DNA of 64,000 nt from the human T2T-CHM13v2.0 reference genome, Homo sapiens: NCBI RefSeq assembly GCF_009914755.1, contig NC_060938.1; one strand, written 5' to 3'. The notes beneath the pieces were generated by a model. The model did not search any database. It was not told the DNA's origin and worked only from the letters and a program-made list of their open reading frames with translations. Shown here one piece after another: positions 42,859 to 56,345 of the stretch. Positions within the stretch are counted from its first letter, which is position 1, and each line of letters opens with the position of its first letter. The position numbers and the translations under genes are program-made.

Positions 42859-44812
42859 AACATAATGATATTCCATATTGGTTAGTAACTAATGAATACC
42901 ATCAAATACTCTCTCCTATAATTTCATATGAAAAATATATCCAGAGGCTTACAAAGTATTGTAAAATAGAACCTGATAATCATATAGACATAACATTAAA
43001 AATTCCAGGAGGCAATAAGGAAGGTAGAGAGTCAATACTTGGCAGCATTGATGGAGGCAAAGGGACTGAGTCAGAGAATGGACCCTTAGGCGAGTTGCTG
43101 CTGAGCCACATGAGGGGATCTAGTATCCAGGGGACTCCAATGTTCTGCATACTATACAACCTCATTTTGATACTAAACCTCATAATAATCTTAAAGTCTA
43201 GAACAAAAGTGAATGTGCAGATTCTATTTTATTTTTCCTCAAGCAGCAATTTTCCAGGATCATTCCTCATAGAATTGTTATCTTGTATTATTCTTCCTTT
43301 CCTTCTTGATTTCTTCTATTTTCTTCTTGGTATTATATGGGCTGCACTTGGAACTACAGAGATTTACCATTATTTGCATTCCCTCTTTTCCAACCCAGTA
43401 TATTTCATACTTTTATGTTTTGCAGTATGGCTTGAGAGGGCAACTTTACCACATACTGCCATCCAAATCACTGCTCCTGATTGCTTGGGTGGGTGCCACA
43501 GTACTTCCATACAGCTCCCAGTGGCTCCATCCCACCTGATATACCCACTTAAGAGACTCTCCAGTGGAGAACAAAATATTGCAAAAACAAATTGAAAGTC
43601 ACTGAACAAATGAGGGTGTTAAGCCCAGTAGGGTGGCCCAGATGAACAGAACACTGCAGAGCTAATCAGGAAACCATGCAACCAGAGAATACAAAGATAG
43701 CTGAGCCTATAACAATGGAGGAACCATACAACGAATACTTCTGATGCCTTCAGCTATTTCAAATTTGTCTTGCCAGGGTTTCATAAAAGGGAGCAAACAT
43801 TTTTCTTGATGTGAGCAGACATGATTTCAAGTTCTAACTGTGTTATTACCTGCTTATATAATCCTGGGTGAAGCAGCCAAACAGTCTATGAGCCCTAGTT
43901 GAACATAATACTGACCAATTTTACATATATGATGTATATCTAATAATAAAACCAATTAGATTTATAAAATTATACTATGTCTAAAATGTTTTCATTTATG
44001 TTTTAAGTAAATTGCATATTAAGTCTAATAATTATAACTATATAAATATAAATATCTACTATGACACTGATCGTTTCTGGATCCAAACAAAATTCATTAT
44101 GAAGGCTCACATTTACCAAGATTAGAAACTGACATTCATTCCCTTAGGTACAGTAAAATTATTTTAGTAAAAATTGAAAAATAATTGAAATAAGTGATAA
44201 ATATAATTTATTAAGAGCCATATTAGCTAGCATACATTTTGTATATGAAATTATCTATCAAAATAAAAATTGAAACACAATCATAAATATTTTCAAGAAT
44301 GGCAAATAGGACATTGTTTTAAATATGGAATAATAATATTATTATTCAAGAGAAGAACACTGATATTAGGACACTGATAATTAAAAAGCTATTTTTTTCT
44401 TTCAAAGTTTTAAGTAGTTCAGAAGAAAGGTGAGTGAGCATCAATGATCCCTCTTTCCATCTTCCTTCCTCCCCAGCCATTAGCAATGCTGTCACTGTTT
44501 CTTTCTAAATGTCAGGAGCAAAGAAGTCACACATTTGCTCTCTTTGGAGGAAAGAAGGAAATGGGGTAGCTTTTGTGTGAGCAAAATGAACAAATTATCT
44601 CCAAGATATTCTAAGGAAAGTCGGTGATGATAGCAACTGAGGCAGTTGCTTACCTATTTTATAATGTTGATAAATCCCAAAACTGTAATCACTAACATGA
44701 CAGAGGGAAAAAGTAATAAATGCAAGTTGTAATTCAGAATGGTATAATGAATTAAGGAAACCTATATCATATCCATTAGAGTATTTTTCTAATTTATGAA
44801 AGCACAGATTTC

Positions 44813-45116
44813 AGCCAGGCGCGGTGGCTCACATCTGTAATCCCAGCACTTTGGGGGGCTGAGGCAGGTTGGATCACCTGAGGTCAGGAGTTCGAGACCA
44901 GCCTGGCCAACATGGTGAAACACCGTCTCTACTAGAAATACAAAAATTAGCCGGGCATGGTGGGGGGCACCTGTAATCCCAGCTACTCAGGAGGCTGAGG
45001 CAGGAGAATTGTTTGAACACGGAGGCGGAAGTTGCAGTGAGCCGAGATCGCACCATGCACTCCAGTGTGCGCAACAAGAGCAAAACTCCACCCAAAAAAG
45101 AAAGAAAGAAAAGAAT
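44813..45116 (+). mobile_element. Alu (AluSq/Sx-type)
   Basis: Full dimer with gcaacaagagcaaaactcc. TSD aaagcacagatttc / aaagtatagatttc. Confidence 0.93.
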
Positions 45117-45609
45117 AAAGTATAGATTTCATTTATAATCTTTTCAATGATTTTGATTTCATAAAAACTCATTATGGTTAATTTTATCAGAGAAAAAATT
45201 AAACCATTGACTGATAACACGTAGTTAACAAAGACATAATCATCATCAGTTTCACAATGAAATGGCCACCACTCCTCAAAGACGTGAACATGGTAATCAT
45301 TTCAGAAGAAATGTTAACAAAAGTGACAATTACAAGGTAAAAGTGTTCTCAGGAAATGGTAATATAAAATGTGAGCCCTGCTGAAAAGTACTGATTAGTT
45401 AAGAAGAAGAGTGAAAACATATGAAGAGCAAAAGGAAAAATGGAGAGACAAGTACCAAGACTATCAATACCTGTTGAAGCTAGCCTCTGGCAATTTGTCA
45501 AACTAATAATAAATAATAATAAGAAGAAGAATCCACTTCCACAACTATGGTATTTATATCATTCAGGGACTATATATGGGCTGCAGCATGACTCAGTGTA
45601 ACAGACTAT

Positions 45610-45815
45610 CTGTGAGCATAAACTCACGAGGCACACTGCCTGGCTTCAGATTCTGCTCTGCATTTACAAGTTGTGTCATCTTAGAAAGTGTCTTATTTTC
45701 CTCATCTGCAAAATGAGAGTATTAATATCTACTTCACTGGGTTTTTATGAGGATAATATGAAGGATTTAAAATAGTATATATGGCACATGGTACATATTC
45801 AACAAATGGCAGCTC
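45610..45815 (+). mobile_element. MIR SINE
   Basis: actgcctggcttcag...ttttcctcatctgcaaaatgagagtattaatatctacttcactggg...tggcacatggta. Confidence 0.8.
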
Positions 45816-48404
45816 TTGATACATAATGAATTTAAAAAAGCACCAAAGCAAATATGATCAGACTGTACAGCCCCATGACTGTTCTTCTTCAAGGTTATCT
45901 TCAGAGGGTATGACTCGTGTTTCTGATACTTTTTTTAGAATACCTTACTAGGAACTGGTTGCTGTACAATCTCAGGAAACGTTAAGGATCTCTCTAACAT
46001 TATTTCAAAATTTCATAGGCCAAATCGGTTCTACAATCAGCATCCTTTCTTCAGTTCGCGAACAGGTTGTTTGAGACCAAGACAAACAGTAAAGTGGGTT
46101 ACTTTGGTACCACGGTTGGGTTATTCTCCACCCACCCCCAAACCCACCCCTCTATCTTTTAGAGGGAAAGGATGGAAGCTGGAGGTGGAGACTAAAGTTG
46201 TTATGACCCTATCACGCACTCGGATCTTTGTGGGGAATACACCAAAACAGCTGGGTGTTTTTCTCTCTGTCCTCACTGTCTACCAGGTACCTCTTATGCC
46301 CACACAACCCCTCCTCTATTACTCTCCTTTGTACTCTTTTGATGTAAGCAATTTCAGCTAAATAAAGTAAAAAAGATAAAAATTAGAAGTTGCCGAAGTT
46401 GTTCTAAATTATGCTGCTTAGTAAATCAACCAAGATACTCAATTGTTTTGAAACATTTGAGGCAGAAAACACTTCTTTGCCAAATTCAGCATGTGGGCAT
46501 AATTATTTTTAACATATTTATACTTTAAATATCCATGTGTCAGGATAAATATACTTAACTGACATACTCTAGACCCTGCATAGAATGGATATGACAACTT
46601 TGAAAGTCATAGATCTCACCATCTCTCTGGACTGAGGATACGTTTACGTGTAAGAAAGACCCTCTCTATGTCCAAACCTATCCGTATTTAAGGGATGGGT
46701 CAGACAAGCACAGCCTTCGATATAAAGGAAAATGACAATATGTGAATAGGAAATCCCTTTTGGCTAGTAAATCTCACTTTTGAATATTCACTACATTTAT
46801 TTTCATTGGTTCCTCTGATCCTAATGTATGGTTACTCAGAAATCACAGACGAAAATGATGACAAACACTATTTCCATATTTTCCTTTCTATCTAATCCTG
46901 AAAACTCATTCCTGGATGCTCTGAGGAGTTTGTTTTTGTCTTTATTGTTTTTGATTATTTGTATTTTGTTTCCTTTCTTCTGTTAGGTATTGCCAGAATG
47001 CTTGTTGAAATTATCCTAGGTATGGAGGCATAAACAGTAAGAAATAACGGTATAAGTGATTTCTTAGTTTGAGTTCCTTTTCTAAAATCTAGTCTGAAAT
47101 TAAATACTGTCCACCATTATCCAGGTTGAGAATAGTATATTGAAGTAAACTGAATCCTCGGATAGTTCCTTACTGGCACTAAATCAACTGTTTCAGACTC
47201 TATTATCCCAAATACAGTGCTATTTTCCCTTTCACAAACCAAGGCTTCCTTCTGCTTTTGTGCATTCCCACAATCTGTTCTACCTCCACCTGAATGCTGT
47301 GTCTTCTGCCTACCTTACTCTTTTTCTAGGAAGTGATTATCAGTTCATCTATCTTAACTGGTTGCCCTTTTGACTGAAGATTTCTGACCTTACTTGACCA
47401 AGTCAGATTCTCTTTTTCTCAGGATATTGAAATCAGGACTCTGAGATGCCAAGTAGCATCTTGAACAGATGTAGAAAATTAGGGGTTTGGAGTGTGAGTT
47501 ATATTCTTCTATCATGCTTAGAAATGTACAGAAAGCTGGTCTCAGAGAAAAAGGGGAAAGTGATGCAGGTGCACACAGAGAAGCCTAGGGAGGAGGATAA
47601 GTGACCCAGAGAAAAAGAGAAAGACAAAGCAACGCCACTTTGGCCTGAGTCTAACTCCTCAGCATACGATGACACACTCAGCCTCCTTGCAGTATAAAGT
47701 GCTTTCTACCTCTCAGTTACAAGCATATGTCCCGATGGATACACTGACTGTCATTCAAACTAAAGGTCGTATTTTACCTTCTGTATTACATCTTCCCTGG
47801 TTATTTCTTATTGATGTCTAAATGTTAAAAATTCCATTGCAACAGAGGCTTTGTGCCACAAAATTCTGTACTAATTATATAAAGTTATGCATTATCTATA
47901 TTTGTTAGTCACATTTCACCACCAAAATCCTATGATCAGCACCAAGTCTTTACTTTTCAAAAAATTTTCAAATACATCCAGCACAGTACTAGCAAATAGC
48001 TGGTGCTTCATAATAGCTTTGATTAACACAGTGTATACTTTGGATCCATGAAATGAAAAAATAAATGTTATACAAATGCTGTATGGTCAAAATATAGGTG
48101 TGAACACATAAACATGTTGACTTCTAAAATAGATGATGTATCATGAAATTAAATAACAAAAAGTCCCCAAACTGACATATAATGACTAAAAATGTGTGTA
48201 ATAATATATTGTGCGTGTTTCTTAGACTGACCTTACTAATTTTTGTAATTTTAAATGGCATACATGTAGAATACTTATTTTTAATCTATAGGGTCTTTTT
48301 TTGAAAACTGCTTTCTAGGAATGTCTTTAGACAATAAATAAATGAAAAATAAAAAGCTATTTGAACAATTACAGAGAACTTGTCAATTACCCTTTTGCAG
48401 GAAA

Positions 48405-48456
48405 ACACACACACACACACCCACACACACCCACACACACACACACACACACACAC
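48405..48456. repeat. Interrupted (AC)n microsatellite
   Basis: Read directly; two CCC interruptions. Confidence 0.92.
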
Positions 48457-48940
48457 TTCAGAAAGCAAAGCAGCCTCACTCACCCCCTGCAGCTGCAGAA
48501 GTGAGAAGGCAAAATACCGCCCTACTTTGCAGTCCTTGGGCCTCAGGGTGAAAAAAGGGGGGAGGGATTTCCCAGAGAGCTGTGAGTAAAACCTGTTGCC
48601 AGAGTCAAGTACTTTAAAATGCCCAAGGGTAGAGGATTCTAACATAATTCCCTTAAATACATACAAACAACATTTTAAGCATAGAGCCAAAGGACTTTAA
48701 AAGGATAGTAAGAGAGAAGCCATTTAACTATTTAGTGGTGAATATCTTGACTCTCAGACAGAAACAATGCAGGCTGGCTCCTTGAATATGCTCTTACAAA
48801 TAGAGGCTACCCATGGAAGTAGAGGACAGGCCTCTTTGAGCTGCAATATGACTTCCCTTAGACTCTTAGTTGTGCCCCTCCTGTAATCCGTAGAACTTCA
48901 GCATTTGAGGTGTTGATCACTCTCAATTTAAAACGGTCCC

Positions 48941-49623
48941 TAAAGGCAAATACAGATTAAATATGAGGCTTAATTCTCCCTGTTGAAAATAAGGAAATAA
49001 ACTTTCTCTGTCCTTTTCTTAAAGCATTTATTTAGAAAACTTTTCACTTCTTCCTCTTCTCTTTGCAATATATGTAACTCTTTTTAAAAGATAATAAGCC
49101 AGCTTTACAACCCCAGAATGTCTTTCTCAAAGACTAGGGAAGTAACTTTTTGAAATGGAATCATCAGGGAAGATAGTGTCTCTGTCACCCAATTCCTAAG
49201 GAACTTGAGTAGGAGCCTAACTTTGGCTGGTGCCTCTCGCCAAAACAACCTTCCATCGTAAAGATACGATCGTTTTTCCTTTGGATAAAGCCAACTAGCT
49301 AATACGACAATATGCATGGTCACCCCAATTACCAAATTAAGTTAGGATGAATTATGTGTGACAAATGATGCTGTCAAGTTCTCTTACTTGAGAACTAGTT
49401 ATTGTTTATCTTGGGAACACGTAGGAAATGAGTTGTACCTGCTCAGACACATAAAAGGGTGATTTCTTTCTATCTTCGCAATCTCTTTAGTGGATTTCTG
49501 TGATGCAGGTTACATTCCAGTTTAATGCTTATTCAATAATTAAACCGGTTTCTTTCTCCTTTACTTTTGTGGGAGAGGCTTTCCAGTTTGGGAGATTTTG
49601 TTTCTAATTTTATTTCCCTAACA
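48941..49623 (+). mobile_element. ERV1-class solo LTR (MER67-like)
   Basis: About 680 bp, from aggcaaa...ggcttaattctccctgttgaaaataagg to ttttatttccctaaca, with an internal TATA-like cataaaaggg and an aataattaaa poly-A-like site. Family name from memory. Confidence 0.65.
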
Positions 49624-49779
49624 TCTGCTCCTGGTTTCCGGGACACCAGTTTCTCCTGGAATTTTTCCTATTTCTCTAAATGTTTCTTCTTGATATCCTT
49701 GGCTGAATTCTTTTCCTACCATAGAATGGACCAAATTTTTCAAGGTCTGGTCTCTTTTCTATTTTTCCAACCCTTATCC

Positions 49780-50080
49780 TGGCTGTTTCCACTCCTACCA
49801 TCTCCTGTCTAGCCAGCCCTTGCATATTTACAATGTAACACACTAGACTAGAGACATAGCATGTTACTTTTGATGCTATGCTTTTAAGGTGCTCTTCTCT
49901 CTGGCTGGAATCATATTCTCCATTCTCTTGGCAGACACATAATAACCCTCCTCCGGTATGATATCCTCTGTGAAGCTCTTCTGGACCAAACTCTGGTAAC
50001 ACTTCTTACTTCCTTTCAGTGCAAACTCTGCTGTGATTTCATGCTGCCCTAGCAACTTTTTGATTGTGACTGCCTGTACT
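49780..50080 (+). mobile_element. L2 fragment
   Basis: gtgctcttctctctggctggaat and tcctctgtgaagctctt are L2 motifs. Confidence 0.5.
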
Positions 50081-51197
50081 GTAGATTTGCCGAAGGGAGA
50101 AAATGCACAAATCTGCTCCAGAATTCCTGCTCATGTGACAGCGATTTCTCATTATAAATAGGGTGGCATTGTTTTGCCATAGTTTTTAGGAATCAGTTTC
50201 TGTGAACAGACAAGTGTGAAACTGCCTCTAAGAAACGGGAGGATCCATTCAGAGTTATTTCCGAGGTTTGAGGGAGTGAAAGTCAGACACAATATAATGG
50301 CAGCCATTAGCACTCTGTGGATGCCGGTTAGTCGGCCTTCCCTGGTTATATGTCAACCCCATCTCACTTTGGACATCTGTTTAAATTGTATTTTTTCTTG
50401 TCACAGGTATGCATATAAATATAACACACTAATCAAGGCAACTCATTTCTCTGATCTTGGTTTTATCAATTATTAAATGTCAGGTTTGATCTTGATCATC
50501 TCTAAAAGTCATTCTCACAGTAAAATACATGAATTTGAAAATGTTTTTCTAATTTTCAATGTCAACACCAGCAAATACTAGAAACACACAGCTACATTTG
50601 ATTAGTGTCAGACATTCCGTTTTCTCTTTGGTGAGCTTTGGTGTCTATAAACCCCCTTTAATATAAGTATCTCAAAGATTTGATTTAAGCAATTTAAAGC
50701 ACTAATTAAAAGTTATTTTAAACTGACACCTCTTTATGTTAATTATTCTCATATGCATCACTCAGACAAATAGAGGGCTAAAGGAGACGACTTTTGGCAT
50801 GCTGTGAGGCAAAGCTGTGCACATCCCGGTAATTCTGTCTGTAACAGGGTGACCTTAAATTAAGTTCCTTTTTATCTTATCAAATTTTCAGAATTTCAAA
50901 CTTTTAACACTCAGATCTCCTGAAGAGCGCATCAAATGGAAGGCGTATGTAAAGAACTGAGTGAATAATGAATGTACAAGAAAATAAATAAATAGATAAA
51001 TAACATCGTTTAAGGTGAGGTTGAGGAAAGGAAAAAGACATAGTTAATTACTGAAGTCAAAGGGGCAAAGACAAAAATGAAGCTTAGAAATCATTAACTT
51101 TTATCATTTCATGAAGCAAATGATCCAGCATTTAAAGTGGTGGAAAACTGTCGCCATAGTACATTGAAATAAAATATCTAGTTTTGCTGATGTCTCA

Positions 51198-51253
51198 TGA
51201 CTCACATAAAAATGTTTGACCCACATAAAAATTTTGACCCACATAAAAATGTT
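51198..51253. repeat. Three-copy 18-19 bp tandem repeat
   Basis: tgactcacataaaaatgtt / tgacccacataaaaattt / tgacccacataaaaatgtt. Confidence 0.9.
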
Positions 51254-51911
51254 TATTATAATACAGACTCATGCAAGTAGGCCTTTGAGTCCTAGCCAGA
51301 TTTCAAGAAAAATCTATGTTTATTCAACAAATATCTTTGAGTGGAAGATAAATATAGACTCTGCCTTCAACAAGCAGGAGAACTTTCAGGGTAAACAGTC
51401 CAGAGAGACCCTACTGAGCTGCACATATCCTGTGATGTTTCTGGAACCTTGTCAGGAAGCAAGACTTTGCTAACATCTGCTAGGAACAGATGAGGAGCTG
51501 CTTTACATGGCAATGTGGCTCAGCCTACATTCCCACTTATACTTGCTGTCCAGAGGTAGACATACATATTTTTAAACCAAAAAATAAAAAATAAAGAAAA
51601 AATATCTGTTGAATGAGATTTCTTAATTTAAACATAAAACACATAAGTCTGTTATTGCCTAAATGGAAATAAGGATCACATTTAGGGCAAAGAAAAAGCT
51701 CAGAAGCATGGGAATAATATAAATTTGAGCATCTCGTTACTTTTATTTCTTCATGAGCCAAGCACATTCTGGCAGGAAATATCAGATCAGACCAGTATTT
51801 TTTCAGAAGCTTTTGCAGCTAAAAAAGAAAGTAATCTTCCAAAGTCTTAAAAACTAAAGTGTTTGTTAGATGAACCTTGAATTACTGCTAACCAAAGAAA
51901 CCAGATAATTA

Positions 51912-51939
51912 AAATAATAATAATAATAATAATAATAAT
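51912..51939. repeat. (AAT)9 microsatellite
   Basis: Read directly from the sequence. Confidence 0.9.
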
Positions 51940-53687
51940 TGCAAGAAGGGATACAAATAGCTTGCCGTGTCAAACATCTTTGTTATCTGGAGATTGACAG
52001 GCTTGAGAAATTAAAAAACTTTATAGTTGCTTTAAGTGGGGAATCTAAAGCGTTCATTTCTTTCACATCGATGAGAATCTGTGTACTTACTATGGCAAAA
52101 TAACTTACTTCCAAACATACTGCTTTATATTAAAACCAGAATCCCTATTTATTTTAGGTTTTCATTTTTCAAACTTTTCTTCAATTTTGGGAAAATTTTA
52201 AAGTTTTTAAATTGCAATTATTAAAAAAAAATAAAAATATAATTACACATTTAATGCATGAATATATTTGCCATGTTAAAATTAAAATACCACAGATAAC
52301 AGCTTTTTCTTTTAAATTGTGGGTATAGAGAAAGAGAAAAGTGGATTTATAATCAGCAGAAGCTAATTTCCCATCACCTTTAAGCTTAAGGCCCCTTATT
52401 TGCACAGTCTGTTTCCAAGGACCAGCCTCTGGTTTTTGATTTGCTATTTCATATTCTATTCATTTAGAAGCCCTTCCTCCTTCCTTCAAAATTTTATAAG
52501 CTTCAAAGGCCAATGAAATCTGAATGTGATATTGATAATCAGTTAACATTCTACATTGATATGATCACCAGCTATTTTTCCATCTTTCAATAGTAAGAAA
52601 ATCTTGTGACCTGTGCCTGTACAGGAAATGAGGAAATGTATTTGTGACTTGACTAATCATACTGGCTTACCAGGAACCTAAGGTTTTCTTGGAAAACCTT
52701 GTATTTTGACTATAAATATAAACGAACATTTGGTACCAAAACCAGGACAACTGATCACTGGAAGTTTGGGTTGGACAGTGGCTTAGTCAGAAGAAGAAGG
52801 ACAATTAAGTTTGTTTAATCATGTTCTCCAAATACAAAATTGCTTGTGAACCTGCATATTCTGGCTCCCTTTTTTCCCCTTATGAAATGAAAATGCCAGT
52901 TCATCACTTCCACCATCATGAATATAAATAACATCACAATAAAAAATTTTTATAATAAAAATGCTACACATTTGTTAGCATGTGGCATTCCTTTAATTGC
53001 TTTTTTATCTGTTCATTCATTTGAAATTTTAAACTATCCACAAAAGAATAATATTTTCACTTAAAAAAATAAAAGAACTAAGCCACTGAGGTTTTGCATA
53101 AACAACTGAAGGAGACATAGTTTTTTAAGCCTGGACCAGAACCAAAGCTTCTTGACTTAGAACACAGTAAATCAGCAAGAAGGCATCTGTAACCTAGTGT
53201 AAAAGGTCCTAGACTCCCAATATTTACCATTAAGAAACCATCTTAAACTTAACCTCAACTGTGATAGCAATTTAACCATATCAGAAAGAGTATCATATAG
53301 GCGTGGCTATTTGATTTTATCTGCAAAAAATAGTCTTAAGTTTAAACAAGCCAGAGAGACTACTGTATTGCTTTCTGAATGAATGTATCTAAAACAGAAT
53401 ACAAAGAAGACTTAATGTTTCTCTTTATATATGCTAGTATACATGCCTTTCTATATTTGTTACTGGTCTCTTTAAAATTGTAACATTTTAATTTGAGAAT
53501 TTCATAACTATATAACTATTAAAATGTGTGGATTTATTCACATGATTAAACGTAAAGTGTCAAATTAAAACAAAAATATATTATGATCATGAATTACACT
53601 CAAAACCACAATTATTAGAAAGTTTTAAAATGAATAATTTTTGACAACAAATATAAAGTTATGTATTAAAGATTTAAAACTATGTCT

Positions 53688-53989
53688 AGCCAGGTGTGGT
53701 GACTCATCCCTGTAATCCCAGCAATCTGGGAGGCTGAGGTGGGAAGATTACTTGAGGGCAGGAGTTCAAGACAACTTGGTCAACATAGTGAGACCCCCGT
53801 CTCTGCAAAAAAATTTTAAAAATTATCTGGGAGTGGGGCCTCATGCCTATGGTCCCAGTTACTCAGGAGGCTGAGGCAGGAGGACAGTTTGAGCCCAGGA
53901 GTTCGAGGATGCAGTGAGCTATAATTGTGCCACTTCATTCCATCCCAGGTGACAAAGAGTGAAAAGCCAGCTCAAAAAACAGAAACAAA
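53688..53989 (+). mobile_element. AluJ-type Alu
   Basis: caacatagtgagacccc, ttgagcccaggagttcgagg and gtgagctataatt are J diagnostics. TSD aaaactat(g/t)tct. Confidence 0.92.
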
Positions 53990-55097
53990 AAAACTATTTC
54001 TGATACGCTTAGATTTTCAAATATTGCAACATAAATATCACACCTAAACAAATTAGAGTCCTAATTTAAAAAAGAAAAAAGCTTGATGCAGAATGAAAAG
54101 AACACTTTCAAAGTTTATACCAGTTTTGAAAATAAGTTCACAATATGTAGTCATATCCCAGAGTGTTGATGTTTATCTACTTCCCCACAGTGTTCTTCTC
54201 AGAATAAAAAATATGATGAGGCATATTATAATATATATCTACATACAATATTTGGTCTTTAATATACTTAAATTTCTGACTTTATGGCAAGTGCCAAACA
54301 TAACATTAAACGTATTGGAAAGCAATAATTTTTAAAATGTTTTTTAAATAATTTACTAAAGTAAATACCTAGTGATTGGAAAATGATGTTATTCAATATG
54401 AACTTGATTTTTGAGAGTTACAATGAAAACTATAAGGCAATCAAAAATGTACATGATGATTCCTAGAAAATAAACATGACTGAATTATAGACAATGAACA
54501 TATTAATAATTATGATATATTATCAGACAAAACATATACCTTTAGTAGGTTTTTCTTAATAAAGTATAGGAGCTGAGAATGAATTCATACATAATTATAA
54601 CTTTTAAATCATGTTCATATATAAAAACAGTATAGTCACCATTTTGTTTAAGTTTGTTACAATACTCACAATGTTTAAATATGTGTTAGGTTAGAAAGGA
54701 AGTAAAGGACCATTTTTCTTTTAACTAGCAATTTATGCCACAGGTTCTCATATTTACTTTCGTGTGTAGCAAGCATGAAAAACAAAAAGTAAACCCAAGT
54801 CTTCATATTTTCTGACTAGCAAGAGAATCTATGTGTTTCATAAGTGTTGGAATGGGTAAAATTGAGGAGAAATAGTAGACTGTGCACTAATAGTCATGAG
54901 GCAAGTGCACAAATCAATTTTCAATAACAAACTTAGCCTGTAACTTTAAGTGAACAAACAGACTTTTCCTAATAAACATATTTTCAAAGCTGAGGAATTT
55001 TATTTTTTTTCTGTTCTACCTTATGTAATGCAGAAGGCTTTCATTATTATAGTCACATTTGTACTTCTAGACTCCTATATGTATTATCTGATAAAAC

Positions 55098-56345
55098 AAT
55101 TAACTCAGGATGGATTAAAGATTTAAATGTAAGACCTAAAACCATAAAAACCCTAGAAGACCTAAAACCATGAAAACCCTTTTTTCTTTTTTAAATTAGG
55201 ACTCTAGAAAAAACCTAGGCAATACCATTCAGGACATAGCCATGGGCAAAGACTTCATGACTGAAACACCAAAAGCAAGGGCAACAAAAGTCAAAATTGA
55301 CAAATGGGATCTAATTAAACTGAAGAGCTTCTGCACAACAAAAGAAACTATCATCAGAGTGAATGGGCAACCTACAGAATGGGAGAAAATTTTTGCAATC
55401 TATCCATCTGACAAAGGGTTAATATCCAGAATCTACAAAGAACTTAAATAAATTTACAAGAAAAAAACAACCCCATCCAAATGTGGGTGAAGGATATGAA
55501 CAGACACTTCTCAAAAGAAGACATTTATGTGGTCAACAAGTATATGAAAAACAGCTCATCATCACTGGTCATTAGAAAAATACAAATCAAAACCACAATG
55601 AGATACCATCTCATGCCGGTTAGAATGGCGATCCTTAAAAAGTTAGGAAACAACAGATGCTGGAGGGGATGTGGAGAAATACGAATGCTTTTACACTGTT
55701 GGGAGTGTTAATTAGTTCAACCATTGTGGAAGACAGTGTGGCGATTCCTCAAGGATCTAGAACCAGAAATACCATTTAACCCAGCAATCCCATTACTGGG
55801 TATATCCCAAAGGATTATAAATCATTCTACTATAAAGACACATGCACACGTATGTTTATTGCAGCACTGTTCACAATAGCAAAGACTTGGAACCAACACA
55901 AATGCCCATCAATGACAGACTGGATAAAGAAAATGTGGCACATATTCACCATGGAATACTATGCAGCCAAAAAAAAGGATGAGTTTATGTCCTTTGCAGG
56001 ACATGGATGAAGCTGGAAACCATCATTCTGAGCAAACTATTGCAAGGACAGAAAACCAAACACCACATGTTCTCACTCATAAGTGGGAGTTGAACAATGA
56101 GAACACATAAACACAGGGAGGGTAACAACACACACTGGGGCCTGTCGGAGGGTGGGGACTAGGGGAGGGATAGCATTAGGAGAAATACCTAATGTGGATG
56201 ATGGGTTGATGGGTGCAGCAAACCACCATGGCATATGTATACCTATGTAACAAACCTGAACGTTCTGCACGTGTATCCCAGAGCTTAAATTATAACATAA
56301 AAAAAGATGACCAAAAAAAAACCCAAACAAACAAACCCCAAAAAA
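55098..56345 (+). mobile_element. 5'-truncated L1PA7-type LINE-1 (end of ORF2 plus 3' UTR)
   Basis: [31 protein letters not shown]. 3' UTR with cataagtgggagttgaac, gcaaaccaccatggc and tatgtaacaaacctg. A-rich tail. Confidence 0.93.

Noticed and set aside
43095-43595. 166-aa hydrophobic ORF
   Set aside because: Non-ATG start, a T-rich composition that explains the F/L/I bias, and no recognisable domain.
48286-48690. ORFs with CVCV or HTHT runs
   Set aside because: These are translations of the (AC)n microsatellite.
52355-52530. Possible hAT/Tip100-type DNA transposon remnant
   Set aside because: Only a vague similarity (aaaattttataagcttcaaaggcc), with no terminal inverted repeats or TSD that I could confirm.
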